Of a stretch of 64,000 nucleotides of DNA, positions 41,803 through 52,000 are shown piece after piece. The stretch is from NCBI GenBank assembly GCA_963700285.1, contig CAVOXA010000022.1:192001-256000 (forward strand). The letters are read 5' to 3'. The notes under the pieces were generated by a model, which made no database searches, was not told the DNA's origin, and saw nothing but the letters and a program-made list of their open reading frames with translations. Each line of letters begins with the position of its first letter. Positions within the stretch are counted from its first letter, which is position 1. This DNA comes from an uncultured Chloroflexia bacterium (GTDB taxonomy: Bacteria > Chloroflexota > Anaerolineae > JAAYZQ01). The translations under genes were made by a program, and so were the position numbers.

Positions 41803-42131
41803 CTCTCTCCTCCTCCCTGCAATCATGTCCGTGACACGCGCCAGCTTGCAGTCAACTTGGGGGTTAAGACCTTGTCTAGTATAACATACATTGCGCCGGG
41901 GGTCAAGCGACTTCTGAGCGACCCATACGGCTGTTGCAAAGTCGTCATCTGGTTCTAGCGCGCGTCCATTCTGCTATTCCCTGCCGAGTGGTTGACCCTC
42001 ACGCCCTTGACCTCGGAGCAAAGCACCAGCGGTTGCCCTTTTCCAGGAGCGGTGGTATACTGCCACAGTAGCCCGGTCCAGCTACCAGGACCGGAACCAT
42101 CTCAAGCCAAGAAAAACAGGGAGGAAACACA

Positions 42132-43112
42132 ATGAAAGTCCGCTGGGGTGTTCTGAGTACCGCCGATATCGGCATGTCCAAGGTTCTGCCCGCCATGCAG
42201 CAGGGCGAATACATCGATCTGATGGCCATCAGTTCCCGGGACCTGGCCAGGGCCCAGGCCGCGGCCGCCCAACTGGGCATCGCCAAAGCCTACGGCTCCT
42301 ACGAGGAGATGCTGGCCGATCCCGAGGTGCAGGCCGTCTACAACCCGCTGCCCAACCACCTGCACGTTCCCTGGTCCATCAAGGCCCTGGAAGCGGGCAA
42401 GCACGTGCTCTGTGAAAAGCCCATCGGGCTCACCTCGGCCGAGGGCCAGCGACTGGTGGACGCGGCCAGGGCCTTTCCCCATCTGAAGGTGATGGAAGCC
42501 TTTATGTACCGCCACCACCCCCAGTGGGTGCGGGCCAAGGAGATCGTGCGGGAGGGCGGCGTCGGCGAGCTGCGCACCATCCAGACCTTTTTCTCCTACT
42601 TTAACGACGATCCCGGCAACATCCGCAACATGGCCGGCATTGGCGGCGGCGGGCTGATGGATATTGGTTGTTACTGCATCTCTCTGTCGCGCTATATCTT
42701 TGACGACGAGCCGCGGCGGGTCCTGGGCATCCTGGACTATGATCCCGACTTTGGTACCGACCGGGTGGCCTCGGGCATCATGGACTTTGGCCGGGGCTGG
42801 TCCACGTGGACCTGCGCGACCCAGTTGAGCGACTACCAGCGGGTCAATATCGTCGGCACGGAAGGCCGGGTCGAGATCGAGATCCCCTTCAACGCCCCGC
42901 CCGACCTGCCCACCAGGATGTGGCACCAGCGCGGCGGCGAGATCGAGGAGATTGTCTTTGGCGTCGTCGACCAGTACACCATCCAGGGCGACCTCTTTTC
43001 GCTGGCCGTACTCAACGACACCCCGGTCCCCACGCCCATCGAAGACGCCGTGGCCAACATGAAGGTCATCGAGGCCATCGTCGAGAGCGGCCAGACCGGC
43101 GCCTGGGTTTAG
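42132..43112 (+). CDS. Gfo/Idh/MocA family oxidoreductase
   Basis: WGVLSTA, GKHVLCEKP, GGGGLMDIGCY; GGAGG RBS. Confidence 0.95.
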   Translation: MKVRWGVLSTADIGMSKVLPAMQQGEYIDLMAISSRDLARAQAAAAQLGIAKAYGSYEEMLADPEVQAVYNPLPNHLHVPWSIKALEAGKHVLCEKPIGLTSAEGQRLVDAARAFPHLKVMEAFMYRHHPQWVRAKEIVREGGVGELRTIQTFFSYFNDDPGNIRNMAGIGGGGLMDIGCYCISLSRYIFDDEPRRVLGILDYDPDFGTDRVASGIMDFGRGWSTWTCATQLSDYQRVNIVGTEGRVEIEIPFNAPPDLPTRMWHQRGGEIEEIVFGVVDQYTIQGDLFSLAVLNDTPVPTPIEDAVANMKVIEAIVESGQTGAWV

Positions 43113-43149
43113 GCACTGATGCTGCGCTTCGCCTTGGTGCATCGCAAGT

Positions 43150-43377
43150 TCTTCCACGGTGCCTGGGGCGCCACTCCATGTGGAATGACGCCGCCAATCT
43201 GCCATTGCGAGTGCTCCATGGCACAGGGCGCCACTCTAAATGGAATGACACCTGACCTCGTCATTGCGAGCGGAGGCGCTTTTTGCCGGAGCAAGCAATC
43301 CCCAACTACACAAGTGGAGACTGTCACCGCGAGGCCCGTGGCGGTGCCTCGCCCCAAAGGGCGGGCCTCGCAGTGAC
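43150..43377. repeat. Cluster of GTCATTGCGAG...GCAATC-type palindromic repeats plus a short direct duplication
   Basis: gggcgccactc...tggaatgac occurs twice; gtcattgcgagc...gcaatc; gtcaccgcgaggccc...gggcctcgcagtgac. Confidence 0.6.
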
Positions 43378-43405
43378 GCGGTTGGTGTCAAAAAAAGGTA
43401 GGCAG

Positions 43406-44536
43406 ATGAAAAGACGTGTTGTGGTTGGCTGCTTGTTGGTAGTACTGCTGGTGATGGCTCCGGCATGGGAGACTGCCCTGTCCGCGGGCCCGGAGCCTGC
43501 GCCGGGCAACGGCTGGCAGGCCGAGATTGTGGACGGCCAGGATAGCGACGCAGGTGCATCTACCTCGGTCGCCGTGGATAGCGCCGGGCGCCCGCGCATT
43601 TCATATTGTGCCGGCAATGAACTCAGATATGCCGCATACGATGGTGCGGTGTGGCAGATAGAGACCGTGGAGGACAATCACTGCGCGGGCACTTCGCTGG
43701 CGCTGGATGGCGCGGGCCGTCCCCACATCAGCTACTATTCTGCTGCCCTGGCCGATCTGAGGTACGCCTGGTATGACCAGGGCGGATGGCAGATTCAGGT
43801 TGTGGCTGATGAGGGCAGGGTGGGAGCTTATAGCTCGCTGGCGCTCGACCGGGCTGGCAGACCCCATATCGCCTACTGGGACGACACCCAGAAGGCCCTC
43901 AAGATCGCCCACTGGGATGGGGCTGCCTGGCAGTTCCAGGTCGTGGATGCCCAGGTCACCATCGTGGTTCCGGTTTCCCTGGTGCTGGACTCGGCGGACC
44001 GGCCGCATCTGGTCTACCGGACCCACAAGTCACCCTACACGGTCTACTATGCGCGCCACGACGGGAGCGGTTGGCAGATCGAGCCGGTCAGCGCATCGTC
44101 CACCGGCCTGTATGCCTCGCTGGCCCTGGACGCCGGCGACCGGCCCCACGTCTGCTACCAGGATTGGCACCTCAAATATGCCCATCTCGATGGTGGTACG
44201 TGGCACAGGGCGACGGTGGAGGAGGGCTTGACCGCTGGTGATTTTTGCTCTCTGGCACTGGACGAGGCCGGCCGGCCCTCCATTGCCTACGCGGACTGGG
44301 AGCCCCCCGAGCACTATGTGCATTTTGCTTACAGGGCTGGCTCAGCGTGGCAGATTGAGCGCGTGGATATGGTTGCCCAGATACCCCACCGATACGTGGA
44401 CCTCTCTCTGGCCCTGGGCCAGGACCGCCAGCCGCACATCAGCTACCACGAATTGGGCGCCTACGACCTCAAGTACGCCACCAAGGCAGTACTGCCCATC
44501 CGCCAGATCTACCTGCCGCTGATTGCAGGCCGGTAG
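43406..44536 (+). CDS. Secreted beta-propeller protein (SLALDxxGRPHISY repeats)
   Basis: Signal peptide, about seven W-x-x-E-x-V...SLALD repeats; ends IYLPLIAGR. Confidence 0.88.
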   Translation: MKRRVVVGCLLVVLLVMAPAWETALSAGPEPAPGNGWQAEIVDGQDSDAGASTSVAVDSAGRPRISYCAGNELRYAAYDGAVWQIETVEDNHCAGTSLALDGAGRPHISYYSAALADLRYAWYDQGGWQIQVVADEGRVGAYSSLALDRAGRPHIAYWDDTQKALKIAHWDGAAWQFQVVDAQVTIVVPVSLVLDSADRPHLVYRTHKSPYTVYYARHDGSGWQIEPVSASSTGLYASLALDAGDRPHVCYQDWHLKYAHLDGGTWHRATVEEGLTAGDFCSLALDEAGRPSIAYADWEPPEHYVHFAYRAGSAWQIERVDMVAQIPHRYVDLSLALGQDRQPHISYHELGAYDLKYATKAVLPIRQIYLPLIAGR

Positions 44537-44809
44537 GTGATGGTGGGAGGTCTGACCGTTCGGCCGAGGTCATCTCGAAGCCTTGTACAGGGCCAGCCCG
44601 ACAGGTTGGGGACGCCCCGAGCAGGAATTTGGCCACAATAGACGCCCGCCTGCGCGGGCATGACACACCATCTCTCCATTGCGATGCGGCTGCATTTGCG
44701 CCACGGGCCGAAAAATGGTACACTCTATGGGATCCTGCGGGATCCCACGGGATCCCGCAGGACCCCGTCTTGCGGCCATCGGCCACGGCCAGGGAGGCTC
44801 TGGGCAGAC

Positions 44810-44965
44810 ATGTCAGATCAGCGCAAGCAGGCAGCGGAGAAGCGAGAATACCCGCCGGTCTATGAAAAACTGGTGCCCATCGCGCTAGGCATCATCGCCG
44901 CGATCATTGTCTTGCTCCTGCTGATCGTCCTGGCCGTGTTGCTGGGCCTGTTCCCAGGGAGCTAG
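44810..44965 (+). CDS. 51-aa single-TM protein
   Basis: GGGAGG RBS; YPPVYEKLVPIALGII... hydrophobic helix. Confidence 0.7.
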   Translation: MSDQRKQAAEKREYPPVYEKLVPIALGIIAAIIVLLLLIVLAVLLGLFPGS

Positions 44966-45008
44966 CACCGGGCGCACCGGCAAATTCAGATCAAGGTGAG
45001 GCGTAGAC

Positions 45009-45785
45009 ATGGGTTCTCTGAATATCCTGCTGCCACTGGCTTCGAGCATCATCAGTTTCTTCCTGGCCATCCTGCTCTTCAGGCGCTACGCCGCCCGCAA
45101 GGGGCTGCACCTGCTCCTGTGGGGCATCGGCATGGTCTTCTATGGCATCGGCGGCTTCTGCGAGGCCTACTATGGCCTGCTGGGCTGGAACGCGCTCATC
45201 TTTCGCCTGTGGTACCTGTGCGGCGCCATGCTCGTCGCCGCCTGGCTGGGCCAGGGCACGGTCTACCTGCTGGTCAGCCGCCGCTGGGCCAACGTGCTGA
45301 TGGCCATCCTGCTGCTGGCCTCGCTCTATGGCGCCTTCCGCGTCTTCACGGCCGAGCTGGACCCCGGCCTGATGACGGCCAGCGTGCACACCGGCAGCGA
45401 GTTGAGCGGCAGCGCCATCGTCACCCCCGGCGTGCGCATGCTCACGCCCTTTTTCAACCTCTATGGCACCATCACCCTGGTCGGCGGCGCGCTCTATTCG
45501 GCCTGGATCTTCTGGCGCAAGCGCGTCCTGCTGCAGCGCACCATCGGCAACATCCTCATCGCCGCCGGCGCCATCCTGCCGGCCTTTGGCGGGACTTTTA
45601 GCCGGATGGGCGTGCCCAACGCCCTCTATCTCAGCGAGCTGCTGGGCGCCATCCTGCTCTTCTTTGGCTTCCTGCGGGCCATCACGCCCATGGGCGAGTC
45701 GCTGTGGCAGACCGTCAAGGATCCCACGGTGCGTCGTGTTGTCGCGGCCTCTGCAGGGGATGGCACAGAGGAGCAGCCAGACTAG
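45009..45785 (+). CDS. Polytopic (about 7-TM) membrane protein
   Basis: Multiple hydrophobic helices, WLGQGTVYLL motif, typical codon usage. Confidence 0.85.
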   Translation: MGSLNILLPLASSIISFFLAILLFRRYAARKGLHLLLWGIGMVFYGIGGFCEAYYGLLGWNALIFRLWYLCGAMLVAAWLGQGTVYLLVSRRWANVLMAILLLASLYGAFRVFTAELDPGLMTASVHTGSELSGSAIVTPGVRMLTPFFNLYGTITLVGGALYSAWIFWRKRVLLQRTIGNILIAAGAILPAFGGTFSRMGVPNALYLSELLGAILLFFGFLRAITPMGESLWQTVKDPTVRRVVAASAGDGTEEQPD

Positions 45786-45856
45786 GGCCGGGCAAGAAGC
45801 TGCCGCGAGACGGGAGGCCTATTGACGCTCCGGCCTGCCCGGAGCAAGGGGGCTTG

Positions 45857-46324
45857 ATGATGGGGAAACTGGTGGCGGCGGCCTCTCTTCTTTTTCTGCT
45901 GGCGCCCATGCCCTGGGGCATTGCCCTCAACCACGAGACCCGGGAGTGCGGCGGCTTCTGGGGCGGGGACGAGTATGGCGGCTACCGCCTGCCCGAAGGA
46001 TGGGTAGCCTATTATCCCAGGCTCGGCGTCATTGAAACCGAGGTTGGGAGTTGCAACTTTCCCAGCCCGTCAGGCTACGAGCCTCCCAGCGAAGGCCGGG
46101 CCGCGGTTGCGGAAGCCTGCTGCCAGGAGCTGGGCTACACCTACGCCGGGACTCCCATTGGCGAGTCGATGGTCACACCGCTGACGTGGGGCCCGGCGCT
46201 CGTCGCCGCTCTGTCGGCGTGTGTCGTTTGCCTGGGCCTGGTGCTGGGCCTGTGCCTGATCACCGGCGGCGTTGTGCTGCTGCTCCGCCGGCGCCGCCGG
46301 AAGAAACAGGAAGAGCCAGCCTGA
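45857..46324 (+). CDS. Exported Cys-containing protein with a C-terminal TM anchor and basic tail
   Basis: N-terminal hydrophobic segment, GDEY motif, CC pair, TM helix followed by RRRRRKK. Confidence 0.7.
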   Translation: MMGKLVAAASLLFLLAPMPWGIALNHETRECGGFWGGDEYGGYRLPEGWVAYYPRLGVIETEVGSCNFPSPSGYEPPSEGRAAVAEACCQELGYTYAGTPIGESMVTPLTWGPALVAALSACVVCLGLVLGLCLITGGVVLLLRRRRRKKQEEPA

Positions 46325-46439
46325 TGATCTGGCCTGGGGCGGCAACGATCGCCCTCCGAGGCCGGCTTGTGCCAATTCACCCTCAGAGACGCAAGATCGC
46401 AGGAAGGGTTGCCCGGTACCATGGTCCATCAAGCATCCG

Positions 46440-46635
46440 GCTTGCCGCCAGGGGCGCGCGCTATCAGTTCACCTACCGGCAGCTAAACGCCGCCGCGAAC
46501 CGCATCGCGCGCGCCATCCTGGACCGGCGGAGCACGGGCGAAGGGCCGGTCGGGGTCTTGCTCGACAACGACGCCCTGGCGGTTGCCGCCATTCTGGGCA
46601 TACTGAAGGCCGGCAAGGGCTATGTGCCCCGCCAT
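46440..46635 (+). pseudogene. Fragment of an NRPS-type adenylation domain
   Basis: FTYRQLNAAANRIA (A1) and ILKAGKGYVP (A2) motifs only; rest of the domain absent. Confidence 0.7.
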
Positions 46636-46985
46636 CGTTGCAGCGGTCACCCGCCAGAGAAGCCAATGAGCAGAGACCGCACAGGGTGGCCAGGCGCTCG
46701 CTGGGCGCGGGAAGCCGCCAGAATCTTTTTGCCGGCAAAAAGAGAATTTTGTCGCGGGGCGTAACTTCTCCTGACGGCGAGGGTTATAAGGTAAGGATCA
46801 AGGAGACTGCATCGTGCACTTGCAGCCGCTTGAGCCCATGCAGTGGCGTCGCGTCTTCGGGCCAGTAATGGCCTCAGGAGAGGAGGTGTCTACGAGCAAA
46901 TAGCCTGTCCACCAGCAACGAACGCATAGTACCCATCTATCTGTTTTGTCAATCATACTTACTATCTGCTGAAAGGAGCACAAAC

Positions 46986-47351
46986 ATGGGACCAATTCTT
47001 GCACTGGTGATCGCGATCCTGGTTAACGCACTGGTGATCTGGATCGTTTCGAAACTCAACCTGGGTCTCACGATCAAGGGCTATGTCGGCGCCATCGTGG
47101 CGGCTATCGTCATTGCCATCGTGAGCTATATCATTTTCTGGCTGCTGGGCCTGATCGGCATTACCATCGGCGGCGGCCTCCTATGGGCGATCGCCACCAT
47201 TATCATCGCGGCGGTCGTTCTGCTCATCAGCGACAAGTTCCTGCCGGGCATGGAGGTCAAGGGTTTCACCGGCGCCATCGTGGCCGCAATCGCCATGGCC
47301 GTCGTTGCCTGGCTTGTTACCTGGGTGCTGGGGCTCATCGGCCTGGCGTAA
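46986..47351 (+). CDS. Four-TM 'phage holin family' (YvlD-like) membrane protein
   Basis: Internal duplication of a GxxVKG(F/Y)xGAIVAAI unit; AAGGAG RBS. Confidence 0.8.
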   Translation: MGPILALVIAILVNALVIWIVSKLNLGLTIKGYVGAIVAAIVIAIVSYIIFWLLGLIGITIGGGLLWAIATIIIAAVVLLISDKFLPGMEVKGFTGAIVAAIAMAVVAWLVTWVLGLIGLA

Positions 47352-47556
47352 ACGATCCACTGCATTTCCTCTCCTCTGTTTACCTGTTCTCGTGACGCCC
47401 GAGGCGCTGCTCCAAAGGAGCAGCGCTTCGCACTTTGCAGTACCACTGGGTCGTGGACTTTAGGAGTGAAACACACCCCGAAGCGAGCCTTGCCAAAGGT
47501 GCTTGATGGTTGCTCTCAGTAGGGTGCAACGCATCACAGGAGATTCGATATCCGCC

Positions 47557-47910
47557 ATGAAAATCGCACCCGTCAAACCGACCATTCCTTTTGACCTGCT
47601 CGAAAAGATCGATGTCCGCGTTGGCACCATCGAATCGGTAGCAGAGGTGCCCAAATCCGACAAACTCTTGAGCCTGACCGTGGATTTCGGCGACCACAAG
47701 CGCAACATCCTGGCCGGCATGAAGCAGGAGCGCCAGGACCCCAAAGAGATCGAGGGCAGGCAGGCGCTCTTTGTCGTCAATCTGGAACCAAGAAAGATGA
47801 TGGGCCAGGTCTCGGAGGGCATGCTGTTCGACCTGGGCTATGCCGACGGCATCACGCCCGCCCTGGCCGTTCCGGAAAAACCGGTGCCCAACGGCACCAG
47901 GGCCGGGTGA
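47557..47910 (+). CDS. tRNA-binding OB-fold protein (CsaA/Trbp111-like)
   Basis: KIDVRVGTI, SDKLL, VVNLEPRKMMGQVSEGM. Confidence 0.9.
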   Translation: MKIAPVKPTIPFDLLEKIDVRVGTIESVAEVPKSDKLLSLTVDFGDHKRNILAGMKQERQDPKEIEGRQALFVVNLEPRKMMGQVSEGMLFDLGYADGITPALAVPEKPVPNGTRAG

Positions 47911-48554
47911 CCGGTCAGAAAGCGCCGCAGATGGCCTCAAGGCTGGTGGTGATCAGCGGCGGGCCGGGCTCGGGCAAGACCACGCTGGTCGACTACCTGG
48001 GCTCGATGGGCTATGCCACCGTGCCCGAAGCCGCCATCCAGATCATCGACGAGCGCAACCAGGCACTGGGCGTGCCCGGCCAGATCGCCTGGCGGCAGCG
48101 CCATCCCAACGAGTTCCAGCGGCTTGTCGTGGAACGCCAGGTGGCCCTCGAAGCGGCCTGCCGGATAGCCGCGGGCGCGTTCGGCTTCTGCGACCGCGGC
48201 CGCCCTGATACGCTGGCCTACGCGGCGCTCGTGGGCGTAGAGCTTGACCGGGATATCAGAGCGCTCGTCGAGGGACAGCGCTATCTTCAGGTCTTTGTCC
48301 TGGACACGCTCGCCTGCTTTGAGGAGCGCCCCGCCACAGGACGAACCAGCGACCGCCAGCGCTCGGTGCGCATTCGCGACCTGCTGGAGGCGGCCTACCG
48401 CTCCCTCGGCTACGCGCCCTGTCGCGTGCCGGAGCTGTCCATCGCGGCTCGGGCCAGCTTGGTCCTGTCCAAACTCGGCGCGGATCCCCCGGCGCAAAAG
48501 CCCCTGTCCGGCGGGCGGCGGTACCCACCGGAGGCTTTGAGTTCCCATGACTGA
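47907..48554 (+). CDS. AAA_28/NadR-like P-loop ATPase
   Basis: VISGGPGSGKTT, VPEAA, FCDRG; GTGA overlap with the upstream gene. Confidence 0.85.
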   Translation: MTGQKAPQMASRLVVISGGPGSGKTTLVDYLGSMGYATVPEAAIQIIDERNQALGVPGQIAWRQRHPNEFQRLVVERQVALEAACRIAAGAFGFCDRGRPDTLAYAALVGVELDRDIRALVEGQRYLQVFVLDTLACFEERPATGRTSDRQRSVRIRDLLEAAYRSLGYAPCRVPELSIAARASLVLSKLGADPPAQKPLSGGRRYPPEALSSHD

Positions 48555-48801
48555 ACCTGTTCTAGCAATCAAGGCCACCGATCTGGCCAAACGCTACGGC
48601 CCGCCCGATTCAGGCCAACTGGCGGTCGATTTTCCGATGATGTTTCTGGGGGGCGTTTTTGTACCGGTGGCGTCGCTGCCTCCGGGCCTGCGCGTCGTGG
48701 CCCGCCTCCTGCCCCTGACCTATGCCGTCGAAGCGCTGCGCGCGGCCCTGGCCGGCGGCCCGCCGCATGACCTAGGCCGCCCCGGCCGCCAGGGCGATTG
48801 A
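48547..48801 (+). pseudogene. ABC exporter deletion remnant (ATPase N-terminus fused to ABC-2 permease C-terminus)
   Basis: AIKATDLAKRYG...LAVD joined directly to FPMMFLGGVFVPVASLP...LPLTYAVEALR. Confidence 0.75.
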
Positions 48802-48894
48802 CTACAACGAATTGAGAAAAGAGCGAATTTGCACTCTTCCGTGCTAGCACCGGCTCTTCCAGGCCGGTGCGATACAAACGGTCTCCACCAGATC

Positions 48895-48923
48895 TGGCCT
48901 CCATTCCAGACCTGTGGTATAAT
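48895..48923 (+). promoter_or_regulatory. Promoter of the CHAT/S8 operon
   Basis: TGGCCT-17-TATAAT with extended -10 TG. Confidence 0.65.
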
Positions 48924-48939
48924 CAACCCACCGCAAGCG

Positions 48940-48998
48940 CCCGTTCGTAGTGCGCGCTTCAGCGCGCTTCCTGCTGCCAGGAACCCCACCACGAACCC
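48940..48998 (+). repeat. GTAG-family REP related to the RAYT-flanking REP
   Basis: cccgttcGTAGtgcgcgcttcagcgcgc followed by the remnant ccacgaacc. Confidence 0.85.
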
Positions 48999-49066
48999 AC
49001 ACTGCGGCCAACCGGCACCGGGCGCGGGCGGCCGGCAGCCCGCCCGGACCAAACAGGAGCGAGAGG

Positions 49067-52000
49067 ATGACCCCAACCCTCCGTCTGGAGATGACCGACT
49101 ACCTGGACGCCACCCGCTGGCGCTGGATACTGACCGACAGCAGCGGCACGTACCTGGCCGACCACGAGGTGCGCCTGGACCCCACCAGCCGCGAGTACGG
49201 CGGCTTTCTCGATCTGAGCGGGTACCTGGACTACCACCAGCCCATCTCCACCGCCTGAGGAACAACTGGCCACCCTGGGCGCCTGGATCGGCGAGCAGGT
49301 CTTTGGCGACCTGCGGCCGGCCCTGTGGCAGAACCGGAGCCGACCGGCCGTGGCGGTGCGGGTGTCGCTGCCCGACGCGGCCCACGGTCTGCTGCTGCGC
49401 CCCCTGGAGCTGGCCTGTTTCGCCGATGGCACCAGCTTTCGGGCGGCGGGCATACGCTTCGTCTACCAGGTCGGGACCGCGCCGGCCCGCCGCCAAAGAC
49501 CCGGTGGGGCAAAGCCTGCGCATCCTGGCCGCCTTCAGCCTGCCGGTGCGGGCCAACCCCCTCAACCTGCGCCGCGAGCGCTACGGCCTGCAATGCCTGG
49601 TGCGCGAGCTGAACCAGACGCGGGGCCTGGCCATCGAGCTGCGGGTGCTGCATTACGGCGCGACGCGCCAGATCCTGCGCGACGCCCTGCTGGAGGCCGA
49701 GGGCTGGGACGTCGTCCACCTGTCGGGCCACGGCCGGAGAGGCGAGCTGCTGCTGGAGGACGAGCAGGGCGGCAGCGACACGGTCGGCCGCGAGGAGCTG
49801 GGCGCGCTGCTGGACCCGGCGCGGGCGCGGCTCAAGCTGCTGATCCTGGACGCCTGCTACAGCGGCGCCGGCAGCCACGCCGCGGCCCGGGCCCAGGTGG
49901 GCCTGGACCAGGACCCCCGGCGCCAGGAGGGCGCCGAGGGGGAGGCGGTGGAGGCCACCGCGCCCACCCTCCTGCCGGGCCTGGCCCAGTCCCTGTCGCA
50001 GCGGCTGGACTGCGCCACGCTGTCGATGCGCTACCCGGTGGGCGACGGCTTTGCCACCGACCTGATGCTGTCGCTGTACGACAAGCTGCTGGACCGGGGC
50101 CAGCCCCTGCCCGCGGCCCTGCAGGTGGCCCTGGACGAGGCCCTGGCGGCCGGCGGGCACCCATCGCCCCTGTCGGCGGCCACGCCCATCCTGGTGGGCC
50201 GGCAAGCGGCCGGCCTGGACCTGGCGCCGCCGGAGCGGGCGGCCGGGGGTTTTGTCCTGCCCGCCGTCGGCCTGGGCATCGCCTTCCCGCCCGAGCCGGA
50301 GCGCTTTGTGGGCCGCCTGCAGCCCATGCTGCGCGCCAGCCAGGCGCTGGCCCCGCGCAGCCCGGTACGGGGCGTGCTCCTGTACGGCATGCCCGGGGCG
50401 GGCAAGACGACCTGCGCCCTGGAGCTGGCCTACCGCCACGCCGAGGGCCGCTTCCGGGGCTATGTCTGGTACCGCGCCCCCGAGGCGGGCAGCGACATCT
50501 CGTCCGAGCTGTTCAACGTCCTCTTTGAGATCGAGCGCCAGCTCAACGCCCCCGGCCTGGGGCTGACCACGGCCCTGGACGATCCCCAGCGCTTCCGGGC
50601 CTTTACCCTGCCCCGGCTGCGCGCCCTGTTGGGCCAGAACTCGCTGCTGCTGGTGCTGGACAACCTGGAGACGCTGCTGGCCGCCAGCAACGCGTGGCGC
50701 GACCCGCTGTGGGGCGATTTCGTGGCGGCGCTGCTGGGCCACGACGGCCCCTCGCGGGTGGTCATTACCTCGCGGCGCTGTCCGGAGGGCATGGTGGACC
50801 ACCCGCGCCTCCAATCCGAGGCCATCCACGCCCTGAGCTTCGCCGAGAGCGTGCTGCTGGCCCGCGAGCTGCCCAACCTGGGGCGCCTCTTTGACGACGA
50901 GGCCGGGCTGGCGCTGCTGCGCGAGACGCTGCGCCTGGCCCAGGGCCACCCCAAGCTGCTGGAGCTGGCCGGCGGCCAGGCGGCCGACCGGGCGGCGCTG
51001 GCGGCGCGGGTGGCCGCGGCCGGCGACGAGCTGGCCGACCGGGCCGAGGTGCTGGACGCCTTTTTCGCCGTGGACGTGCCGCGCGAGGGCGAGACCCGGC
51101 AGGAGGACGAGGACTTTGTGGCCGCGCTGCGGGAGCTGGACCGGGCGGGTGGCCGGCGGCCTGCCGCCCGCGGCCGGGCTGCTGCTGGCCTTCCTCTGCC
51201 GGCTGGAGCCCGAGGACCGGCAGCGTCAGATCGTGGAGGCCAACTGGCAGGACTTTTTGACGCGGCTGGGCGAGGGGCACGCCGCCGCCGTGGCGGCCCG
51301 GGCCGAGCCGGAATTGGGGCTGCCGGCGGCGCTGGCGGCGCTGGAGCGCGCGGGCCTGGTGGCGGTGGTGCACCCGGAACTGGACCCGGCGCAGGTGGCG
51401 AGGCTGGCCGCGGCGCTGGCCGGGGGTGCCGGGGACCTGGACCCCGCGGCCCTGCCGGGGCTGCTGGCCGGCTTTATGGCGGGGGCGGCGACCTACACCA
51501 TCCACCCCGGCGTGGCCGAGGCCGCCCGGGCCGGGGCCGGGCCGGGCCTGCTGGACGCCGCCGACGTCGAGCTGGGGGACTTCCACGTGGCCATGTTCAT
51601 GCAGGCACTGGAGCGGGAGATGGAGGGCCAGGGCGGGGTGGTGGTCGCCAGCGCCCGCCGCGCCGCGCCCTACCTGCTGCGCCAGGCGCGCTGGGAGGAG
51701 GCGTCCACCCTGCTGGAGCGGATGCTCCAGCGCGACAGCAGCCCGGCCAGCCTGGCCTTCGCCCTGCCGCTGCTGCGCCGCATCGCCGCGGCCACGGAGG
51801 GCACCGAGCGGGAGTTGATCGACGCCGGCGTCCTGGCCAGGGCGCTGTGGCAGGCCGGCCGCACCGCCGAGGCGGAGCAGATGCTGCGCGACCTCGTCGC
51901 CCGGGCCGCCGCGCAGGGCGAGTACCGCACCGCCTCGGCATCTGCCGGCGACCTGCTCAACCTGCTCCTGAGCAGCGGCCGGCTGGCCGAGGCGCTGGCC

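Noticed and set aside
44728-44765. gggatcc(c/t) 10-mer palindromic run as an operator array
   Set aside because: It is a single occurrence with no regulator nearby and cannot be distinguished from a slippage repeat.
8280-47351. Intact prophage built from TerL, the M23 peptidase and the 'phage holin family' gene
   Set aside because: These genes are far apart among host genes, no structural or integration genes are present, and YvlD-like proteins are commonly chromosomal.
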